Shown: positions 12,706 through 22,420 of the stretch, piece by piece
Numbering within the stretch: the first letter of the stretch is position 1
Layout: the number at the start of each line of letters is the position of its first letter
NCBI RefSeq assembly: GCF_021869535.1
Contig: NW_026262637.1
Span: 28,396,001-28,460,000 of the forward strand
Length of the DNA stretch: 64,000 nucleotides
Source: Mytilus californianus
Lineage: Eukaryota
Direction: 5' to 3'
Made by a program: the position numbers and the translations under genes
The notes under the pieces: model-generated
What the model saw: only the letters and a program-made list of their open reading frames with translations
What the model was told of the DNA's origin: nothing
The model's database searches: none

Positions 12706-15700
12706 CTATAAGTGCAAAATTTGTGAATTTATTTGTTTTACTGGACAGGATATTAATGATATAAAGAAAATTAAAGAAAAGGTATGCTGTAATTTAGTAT
12801 TTAAATTAATGGTTCCCCGCCCATCCACCAAATCCTCGAAAATTGGTTCACCACGAATATTAAGTAATCTACGGTACTTCAATGAGACATCACAAAAACT
12901 TATAATATTTTTCGACACCTATTTGTCTATCTGTTTTATCATGCATACTGTAATAATCAATACTGTCATACTTACATTTTCCGATAAATGCATGTTTATT
13001 CCAAGCTCTTGGATAAGTTGTTCTTTACCATAGCAACCACGTTTGTCTATTTTGTTACCAAGTATAAGGACCGGTACATCGGACACTATTTCGTCTGTTA
13101 GAATACCCTGAATAAAATGTGAACCTGATTAATGAAATAGTGAAAATGATAAATGTGATACATTAATTGTCTACATAATATAGAACTTTTTCTCATAAAT
13201 AGATACATTGGTATGCACATTCCAACGCTGATAAAATAATTGGATATTCAAAATGAACTTCCCATGCTCATATGTCAGTGTATATTTGTTCCGCCTAACA
13301 GAAGTTTCCCTAGAAACTTTGTTATGCATAATGCCATATAATCTGTTCCTGTTGGAACAAATATTCTATACTTTTTATTCCGTTATGAACAAATACTGTA
13401 ATATTTGTTCCAGTGGAAATAATATTCCAGAATATTGTTTTCCATTTGGAACTTATTCTATGAAGGAACTTCTATGTCATGACAATACACTAATTATCTA
13501 TTATAATTATCCACAATTGCTTTTTATACAGAAAGGAAAGACCGCAATTGTAAACTTGTTTACAAGCTAACGGCTTATATTATTCAATTTGAAGGGCATA
13601 AAACGCCTTATAAAACGACATTATAGGATTTTAACTTCTATGACATCAATAGGTTGAAGATTTATTCTATAATGCAAGCAAGACTTTATATACCTTATCG
13701 ATGCATCCGGTCTCCATCAACTTTTCCCTCAGGTTTTTGCTCTTGTTTTTTTTAATGTACGAGTTTTGAATATTGGCAAACTATAGTTACCTTCCATTTA
13801 TATAAGACATGTGGTTCTGAGACCAAGGTATAAGAACGTAAGCAGTTAATTGATAAACTAGTGTTGAGTTTTATGTATATTCGACCTCTTCTATGAAAAA
13901 AGCTTATTAGGACCCTCCGTGCTATGTGAAAATATTTTAAATATTTTTGAATAGATTTCAGAAAAAGCCGGATCAAGTTTAAATTGTTAGATTGTGAAAT
14001 ATTGTAAGCATTGCAGATCTTTATAAACACAGGATTTTAGGTTTAAATATTATAACTATTTTACTGATTCTGACGCATGATTTTTCGTGTGTTTTAGCAT
14101 TATACATGACTTACAGTTATTTCTGCTCTAGCCTCTGGTAATCTTTCAATGTCACACCCATCAACAATAAACACTATACCATCAACTGCTGGGAAATATG
14201 TTCTCCAAACTCGTCGTGCTGTTAAAATAAATGCCACAATTATACACAATTATTGTTAGCAACTACTCATTGTTGAACTCTAACAAATTCTTTCGTATTT
14301 AATTGTATAGACCAGTTAGCAAAAGGAACAGATTATTTTTTATTTAACATGCTAGTTTATTTGACAGCTGAATTGCGTACGTTCTTAAATCTCAAATTCA
14401 AATATTAATTTTGCTAGATATAAATTTTATTATTTGAATGTATAATATTATTCTTTGAAATCTTTTTTTATTTTTCACGAAATTTCTTCAAAAAATCATG
14501 TTATTCTGTCATTAAACATATTTCCCGTACTAAGACAGATGTGTACATTGTGGTTTCATACCGGCCAACTTTTCAAAATCTCCATGGAGGAATTTAAGAG
14601 CAAGAAGAACTAATGCTCCTCTTATATTGTCATAAGTGTTTTTAATCTACTACTATATTATTTGAATGAGTATGTATGTGCTAAAATGCAATTCCTACTC
14701 ATTTGAATGCCTGTTTTGAGGTGTTTAGTTTGTATAATAAAGAATTTCAAAATTCAGGTCAACACCTCTCATTGGGGAAATCCCCCATAAATAGTGATGG
14801 TTGGCAGGTCTGTGATTTATCTCTGTCGTACTTTCTTCTTCCTTAAACCGTCAACCCTTAAATACATGAAATCAATTTTAGTTTCAGATGACTGGAGGTA
14901 TATGTATGTTTTTCAATGGTTTTTATTTGATAATTACCTGATGCATGTCCTCCTAGATCATACGCTTGGAAAGTCACTTTTCCCACCGTTAGCTCCTCCG
15001 ACCCTAGTATATGAATAAATTGAAAAATATATTGTTGGTATTATGTTGTCAATGCAAGAAGATTAAGATGGTATAAACAAATCAATGCTACATTCTGTAT
15101 GTGCTTGTCCCATGTCAGAAGCCTGTAATTAGTGGTTGTAGTTTCTTGCTGTAAAGTTTCATCCTGTTTATCTTTTTTTTTAATTCATTTTTACCTCGTC
15201 TTTTCTGTTCTAGTTTTTATGGATATTTAGTATGTTAACTTAACTTTATTGAAGAATGTTTGGCCTGACACTTGACTTGGACTTTGTATATCTACACAAC
15301 CGTGTGTTTATGTATTAAAACGGAAATATAAAGTATACGTCGATGCAACCTATATGATATTATTAAGAAGAGACAACGCTCCATCCAAGTCACAATGTAT
15401 AAAAAGTTAACAATTATAGGTCAAAGTACTGTAACAAATTCTAAAAACTAGAAGTAACACAGGGTTTTCAAAGTATCTGCCCTGAATCGTCCTCAAACTC
15501 GACAAGTGATAAATGAGTACTTTGGAATCAAACTTAAACTAAATGAATACAAAATTTATGTTTTATTATCGTTTTTACATTGAACCCTCATTGTATAAGT
15601 TGAACAGCTAACAGGTAGCATAGTCTTGAACTTTATCCTATCAAATTCTATGTCTGGCGTAATTAAAATAATATAACAAATTGACAGTCACATCCTATAG

Positions 15701-16779
15701 TAATACTGTGTATATAAACACAACTTACATGGTTGATTTGTTGGTGGATGTTGCACGAGACGTCCATCTTTTATCTTCGACAGAAGGGTTGATTTGCCTG
15801 CGTTATCTAGTCCTATGATGAGCAATTTGCATTTCTTGTTGATGAAACCTACAATGGTAAACTTAATTAATATTGTATTTTGCGAACTCAAGTGAAAGGC
15901 CATTTTTCGTTTCCCTTATATGGTTGTATATCTATATCCTTTTCTTTCGTCACCTCATTCTGCATCAGTGTATTATACTGTTCATAAACTTGAAAAAACA
16001 GAACAGATAATCAGCATGTTAATTAACGAACAAGAACTTTAGAATGTACTTTGTCAATGTGTAGTCTTTTTTTGGCAAATTTGAATTTCAGTGGAATTTT
16101 CTGCGACAATGTTATCCTTAAATTTTGTTGGCTTTTCTGTTTAAATTCCTTTTTTGTTATATAGCTCCTCACGTATTTTAAACATCCTCGGCTTTCATTT
16201 TTTAAGCGTACCTGGGAAATAGCGCTTCGGAAGTACTACATTCAAAAGTCTTATTTTTATACTTTGAGTTAAACAAATGTCTATGTAAATATTCTATAAA
16301 TCAAAGTTATAATTCATAGAAAATTATATCAACGCTGTCAATTCAGACATGTTTATGATGTTTTTATTACTGCGAAAGGTTTTTCCATGATTTAAAACTC
16401 GTATTTAAATGCAATAGCATGATTTGCATTGATCAAATCCTAAAAAAACATGTATTAATCTGGCATTTACGTTAGTTTATTATCAATCCCATTCATAATT
16501 CGCCAATCATCAGTGAACGATAGCGATAACTATATTATTTTATTTCATCTTGAAAAGACTGCTCATTAATGTTCAAAATTTTTGATTCCCTTTCAAAATT
16601 TTAATATCCTAAATCAGCAAGATATTTTAACCAACAAAACAAGATAAAAGAAAAACTTATATTATAATAAATAAACAATTATAACATAATTTTATGATAT
16701 AAAAAATATAAAATATAAAAAATATTATAAACCTACCGAAATACTGCAATATAGTTCTAAACCAGTCAAACAAAAACAT
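12574..16779 (-). CDS. SAR1: Sar1-like small GTPase, paralog A (6 coding exons, 198 aa)
   Basis: Exons (minus): 16737-16779, 15729-15848, 14938-15003, 14115-14218, 12976-13107, 12574-12705; total 597 nt, all introns GT-AG, frame open. Protein: [198 protein letters not shown]. Has the N-terminal amphipathic helix, GLDNAGKS, the Sar1-specific DLGGH, NKID and GYGDGFRW. Confidence 0.95.
12976..13107 (-). CDS. SAR1: Sar1-like A exon 5 (NKID)
   Basis: 132 nt, AG acceptor, gtaagt donor. Confidence 0.95.
14115..14218 (-). CDS. SAR1: Sar1-like A exon 4 (RRVW...GIVFIVD)
   Basis: 104 nt, AG acceptor, gtaagt donor. Confidence 0.95.
14938..15003 (-). CDS. SAR1: Sar1-like A exon 3 (SEELT...DLGGH)
   Basis: 66 nt, AG acceptor, gtaatt donor. 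Confidence 0.95.
15729..15848 (-). CDS. SAR1: Sar1-like A exon 2 (P-loop, switch I)
   Basis: 120 nt, AG acceptor, gtaagt donor; GLDNAGKS. Confidence 0.95.
16737..16779 (-). CDS. SAR1: Sar1-like A exon 1 ([15 protein letters not shown])
   Basis: ATG at 16779; 43 nt; donor gtaggt; nearly identical to B exon 1. Confidence 0.9.
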
Positions 16780-16902
16780 TGTGAATATTTCTTTGCATAC
16801 ATAAAATAATTGATTTAGTTAATGTTGGTATTCTTTATATACACTATTTCTTGTTCTATTTTTAAATATGTCCGTCATTCCAAACATGTAACGGTATCCA
16901 CG

Positions 16903-16933
16903 CTGGCAATGATCGATATGTATAATACACGAC
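16903..16933 (-). promoter_or_regulatory. Conserved upstream block of paralog A (TATA-like TATACAT)
   Basis: 27/31 identical to 33560-33590, at a similar distance (~125-155 nt) upstream of the ATG. Confidence 0.45.
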
Positions 16934-17622
16934 GACAAATCGTTACTATTTAATTTCACAATGGGTATTTTCCTTTCATATAAAGTATTAAGTATAAGGA
17001 AAATAGGTAACAATTAAAAAAACTAAAATCACCTTGATTTATTCATTTGTTATTAATGTAAGTATAGATGTGTTATGAAATCTATTTATAGAACAGATAC
17101 AACACGTTACTTATGATTATAGATTTTGAATATAACACCTTTGAGTAATTTATTTCGTTTGTATAAAAATCAGGAGATGTACGTGGTATGATTGCCAATG
17201 AGACAACTATCAACCAATGTTCAAATGAAGTGGATGTAAGCAATTAAAGGCAACCTAATACGTTACAATACAGTTAAGTTAATAACGTACATCGAACAGA
17301 GGCCTGACAGAATAGTCTAAACATTCTAAGTTAAACATTTGTATTTTAGTGTTACAACTCTTTAAGAGAGGCAGAAGATTGCCAAGGGATAGTCAAACAA
17401 GTCGAAAACAAACTGACAATGCCATGGTAAAAAACAAAACAAAAAACGACAAAAACACAAACAACAAAACTAAAGACTGGCAAAACGATTGTCGAACCCA
17501 CCAAAAACCGGGCTATATGCACAAAAACTACTAGTGTGAAGCTAGCCGTCGATAACATCCGCGTTAATATTCATCTAGTACAAAAGCTTCAAAAAATTAA
17601 ACCAACACGTTATAAATTTAAT

Positions 17623-17664
17623 GCGTCCGAAGCGCTTTTCTGGATTTACCTTCATCAGGAACGC
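17623..17664 (-). ncRNA. Near-intact minimal type I hammerhead motif in a Penelope pLTR-like repeat
   Basis: gcgttc-CTGATGA-aggtaaatcca-GAAA-agcgct-TC^-ggacgc: 6-bp helix I, palindromic helix III; helix II is weak, with an A.A closing pair. Confidence 0.55.
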
Positions 17665-20345
17665 TCAAAGCCGAATATTTGAAAGCCAAGAATGTATAAG
17701 AACCGAAACAGTTGAAGAGCTATATAACCAAAAGTACCTAAAAATAGCCAAATCCATTTAAGGTCAACTTTGCCTGAGGGAATTGAAACCTCAGTTTCCT
17801 TTATAATTTCAAAATTTATAAACGGACAATTTTAGAAATGTTTGTTATAAATCATGTCAGTACCGAAGTACTGACTACTGATCTGATGATACCCTGGGGA
17901 CTAAAAGTCCACCAGCAGAGGTATCGACCCAGTGCTGTAAAAAATGTCCAAATCTATTTTTTTAAAGCCAGAAATGAAAGGAACATGCACGTTTCGGAGC
18001 CACTGGACTTTTTGTTTGAGACAATTACATTAAGTTTGTAGAAGGCAATATTTTATAATTTGGGTCCTCTATGCTTTTCAACGTCGTATTTTATTTGGTC
18101 TTTTAACTGTTTTTGATTCGAGTATTACTGATGAGTCTTTTGTAGACGATACGCACGTCTGGCCTGGTATGTTTCATGAGTTATTTTTACATAAATATCA
18201 AGATTTTTTACACGAAAAACACCTAACAAACAATAACAAAGGAAATCAACATGTGTTCTTCTTCCTAGAACTCATAAGCGCATGCATAATGTGGACTATT
18301 ACAACATGCTATTGTTAATCAAAATTAAAATCTCGGGCGATTTTTTAATGAACATACTATTTGCACATGTTATCATTCACTTATTAACATGGGTGCATCT
18401 TTCAAATCCAGACAAAGCGTTAATGGCACTACAAGATAAGGAACACAATTGGAAAATAAAAAGGATTTCAGTGCACGTGGTACTTTATTCAAAACCACAA
18501 GTGTTCCAAGCCATATAACATTAAACCATCAAAGAAATGCCAACGTCTGATGTGATTTAAAAGTAGTTTATGTCTTCAAATTAACTATTTGCCTTATCCA
18601 CAAATTAATATTTTCTGGATTTGGTTTAACGAATAAAATGAACAAGCCATAAAAAACATATATATTTATACGTCTATCTCTCTATATGAACGTTTTTTCA
18701 AATAAGGATATTTGTAAACTAATATTTTTATTATTAATACAATATTTTTATAATGCAAGAGGCAGCTTTCTTTAGAAACTTGACATATTGTATGCATACC
18801 TGTCTGTTGTTGAAGACTTTATGTTGTCCTCTTGATTATTTTGTGCTTGGGTTGCTGTTTATAACGCATACGTGACACATCCTTGTATTCACATTTATGA
18901 AAGTAAAAAACATAAAATCATATGTGAGGAAACCTTAATGTGTAGATTTTGCTTAAGTTTTTAAAAGTGGTAAACATCCTTTAAAACGACTCAACTATAA
19001 AAACGTATTAACAAACAATTCCCAACTCCAGGCTAAATTCCAAAAGTGGGATGCCCATAACACCTGAAAAATTCAAACGCCTGACTATATTAACCAACGG
19101 AACGAATGGAAAACAACTGTCATATTTCTGACTTGGTACATACATTTTTTGAAGAAAGTAGTGGATTAATAAAAGCAACAGTAGTATACCGCTGTTCAAT
19201 AGTCATTATTCGATTAAGCGAAAACAAATATGGGTAACAAACTAAAACCGAGGGAAACACATCAACTATAAGAGGAAAACAACAGAACAACAGACACACT
19301 GAACTACAACAAAAGCAAACGCCAACATACATAGAAACGGACTATCTGATAACAACTGCCATATTCCTGACTTGGTACAGGACATTTTAAGAAAAAAAAT
19401 GGTGGATTGAACCTGGTTTTATGGCTAGCCAAACCTCCCGCTTATATGGAAGTATATTTCAGTCATAATGAGCCGCTTAAACCTGATTTCATAGCTAGAT
19501 CAACCTCCCACTTGTATGACAGTTGTTTATAGTTCCGTTATGTTCACAAAAATTGGACAATCCACATATACAGACATAATTGGTTAACGTGACACAGATC
19601 ACAGACATACGTGACATACAACTGACTTCAAAATTATCACGACGTGGACAAACTGCTGAATTCAAATCTAGCTATCGTTTGTTTGATTTTTTTTTTGTTT
19701 TTTGCTTTTTTTTTGTCCTTTTTTTATGGTACTTGTCATGAATACAATTTACCTACAGATGTGTTTTCACTATATCTACTCTTTAGTGAACGAACTTTAT
19801 TTTCTTCAACAATGTGGACTCAAAAAGCTTGATTCCGTTTCATATTTAAATTCATCAGTATATTTCAGTCATAATGAGCTGCTTATGTCACCAGCAGTCC
19901 AACATTAAGAGGAAGGAAAAAAATGTTGAACAAACTGAAGCACCAAAATTGCAATTTTTGTATGACTTGACGATTAATAATTGGTCCCACTTGAAATCAA
20001 AATTTGATACAGTCATCCATAACAGCTTGGTCGAGATCTATCTGTTAGTTCTTATACCAATCGAAATATCTAAGCACAAAACCTTTCACAAACAACTAAT
20101 ATAAAGAAAGGTTAAATTTTATAAACATTTATTCTTCAGTAGCAAAACAGACAAAAATAAATAAAAACAATGTATACAAAATAAAATTAATGACAGGAAT
20201 AAAATAATTCTTTGTGAAAATAAATAGTGATGATAACTAACAATAACTCATGATAATTAATGATGAAGATGTATGAACATGATATATACAGAAATGAATA
20301 TAAATATGATATTTAGAGTAATTATCTATATATATATATATATAT

Positions 20346-20956
20346 ACAAGTCTAAATTGAAAACAACGTTCAAACCTATGATTGCGTTGGATAAAAACCG
20401 CAATTTTTATACGTGTGCATGCAAAACAAATTTCTTGTTAGAGGGGTCTAAATACAGCACAAACAACATTTTCCAAAAGACCAAAAAAGTGAAAAAGTAT
20501 ATTTTAACAAAACGCATTTGACTAACAGGTCGAACAACAAATGTTCTTAAACCCTGCTGACTGCCATTGGCGATTGCCAAATAAACGGATCACCGATGTA
20601 ATAAATGGATCTTAAATATAAATTTAATACTAAACAGAAAACAAAAAAACTTGCGGAAAAGATGTTATACCGCAAACAAAAGGTGCAAAGGTTTTTGTAC
20701 ACCATATCCGGATTTCGACAATTAATGTCTCTTCAGTGATGTTAGGAATCGAAACGGTATTTGGAAAGCCATACAATTTACCTCAATTTAGGATAGACTC
20801 CTGAATTTTGAGGAGTCAAAATAGGATGAACGGATCATATAAACCCGAAGGCAAATATAATACAAGCCCAAACGAAAAAATATAAACAAGTCTAAATTGA
20901 AAACAACGTTCAAACCTATGATTGCGTTGGATAAAAACCGCAATTTTTATACGTGT
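20346..20956 (-). mobile_element. Hammerhead-carrying 540-bp monomer plus 71-bp direct repeat (retrozyme / PLE pseudo-LTR)
   Basis: 20346-20416 is repeated at 20886-20956 (period 540); one HHR at 20699-20742; 3' end abuts (TA)n. Confidence 0.75.
20699..20742 (-). ncRNA. Minimal type I hammerhead ribozyme (minus copy)
   Basis: Exact reverse complement of 21128-21171. Confidence 0.8.
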
Positions 20957-21418
20957 TTGAACATTGTTTTCAATTTAGACTTGTTTATATTTTTTCGTTT
21001 GGGCTTGTATTATATTTGCCTTCGGGTTTATATGATCCGTTCATCCTATTTTGACTCCTCAAAATTCAGGAGTCTATCCTAAATTGAGGTAAATTGTATG
21101 GCTTTCCAAATACCGTTTCGATTCCTAACATCACTGAAGAGACATTAATTGTCGAAATCCGGATATGGTGTACAAAAACCTTTGCACCTTTTGTTTGCGG
21201 TATAACATCTTTTCCGCAAGTTTTTTTGTTTTCTGTTTAGTATTAAATTTATATTTAAGATCCATTTATTACATCGGTGATCCGTTTATTTGGCAATCGC
21301 CAATGGCAGTCAGCAGGGTTTAAGAACATTTGTTGTTCGACCTGTTAGTCAAATGCGTTTTGTTAAAATATACTTTTTCACTTTTTTGGTCTTTTGGAAA
21401 ATGTTGTTTGTGCTGTAT
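20955..21418 (+). mobile_element. Inverted partial copy of the 540-bp HHR monomer
   Basis: 464-bp inverted repeat of 20452-20915 (one mismatch seen); ends in (TA)n. Confidence 0.8.
21128..21171 (+). ncRNA. Minimal type I hammerhead ribozyme
   Basis: acatca-CTGAAGA-gaca(ttaat)tgtc-GAAA-tccgga-TA^-tggtgt: intact core, 4-bp helix II, palindromic helix III, AUA triplet, 6-bp helix I with one G-U; predicted cleavage after 21165. Confidence 0.82.
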
Positions 21419-21496
21419 ATATGTATATATATATATATATATATACATCTTATATTAGTATCGTTGTGCAAATCTCTAGACTTATATATATATATC

Positions 21497-21692
21497 ATAT
21501 ATAACCAGTCTAAAAGGGTACAACATCACCAAAAAATGACAATAAACGAACACATGTAACTATAAATATTTCGGATAACAGATATCCTTCATCAGTATGA
21601 GCACGATGTCTTATCCGAAATATTTATAGTTACATTTGTTCGTTTATTGTCATTTTTTGGTGATGTTGTACCCTTTTAGACTGGTTATATAT
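21497..21692. repeat. 82-bp-arm palindrome with a hammerhead-like core at the apex
   Basis: Arms 21497-21578 and 21611-21692, one mismatch, 32-bp loop; minus-strand CTGATGA-a-ggata(tctgt)tatcc-GAAA at 21569-21595. Confidence 0.8.
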
Positions 21693-21767
21693 TATATTTT
21701 GTAGTGTACTGTATCATATTTATATGATCCATCGCCCCGTAAGATTTATCGTTGGCTATTATTCAGT

Positions 21768-21809
<42 letters not shown>

Positions 21810-21811
<2 letters not shown>

Positions 21812-22008
21812 ACATTGTTTTTCGACCTGTTAGTCAAATGCGTTTTGTTAAAATATACTTTTTCACTTTTTTGGTCTTTTGGAAAATGTTGTTTGTGCTG
21901 TATTTAGACCCCTCTAACAAGAAATTTGTTTTGCATGCACACGTATAAAAATTGCGGTTTTTATCCAACGCAATCATAGGTTTGAACGTTGTTTTCAATT
22001 TAGACTTG
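21810..22008 (+). repeat. 3' fragment of the 540-bp HHR monomer between (TA)n tracts
   Basis: Matches the reverse complement of ~20346-20540. Confidence 0.8.
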
Positions 22009-22040
22009 TATATATATATTTGTATATATATGAAAAAAAT

Positions 22041-22253
22041 GATTAATTGATTGATTGTATGTGTTCAACGCCACTTTCTGTCAGTTTTACTTGGAGGAGG
22101 AAGCCAGAGTGCCCGAAGAGAATCACCTTCCTTCGGCAAAATAACTGACGTTCCTAATCAATTAAGATCGGAGTCGAACGCACCTGCCACGTGAGTGTCA
22201 CATGCTAGTGATCCAGTAGATGAACTACTTAGACTTGGCCACCGAGGCCCCGC
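22041..22253 (-). mobile_element. tRNA-derived SINE-like element
   Basis: Minus strand gcggggcctcggtggccaagt (A-box-like) ... ggtgcgttcgactcc (B-box-like) ... (caat)n tail. Confidence 0.65.
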
Positions 22254-22255
22254 TA

Positions 22256-22420
22256 TTAAGAAGATGTTACTGTCACAGTGGTTGAATTGTTATTTATTCG
22301 GTCTTCTTCATGAATTTGTGTGGCCATCCATTTCAAACCATCGCCATAACCTGTTTGGTGTAAAAGACTGCTCATTACTAAGGTACATGGTCTGATTCCG
22401 GACTTGTCTTCTGTATTTAC
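22256..22420 (-). CDS. SAR1: Sar1-like B exon 6 with S/T-rich tail
   Basis: 165 nt including TAA; AG acceptor. Confidence 0.9.
   Translation of the reverse strand, partial: VNTEDKSGIRPCTLVMSSLLHQTGYGDGLKWMATQIHEEDRINNNSTTVTVTSS

Noticed and set aside
12515-13033. 172-aa plus-strand ORF
   Set aside because: Antisense shadow of Sar1-like A exons 5-6 and their intron.
15688-15903. ORF-track mini-proteins (also 32523-32744 and 23509-23694) as standalone genes
   Set aside because: Each is one Sar1 exon plus intron read-through; splice sites define the true limits.
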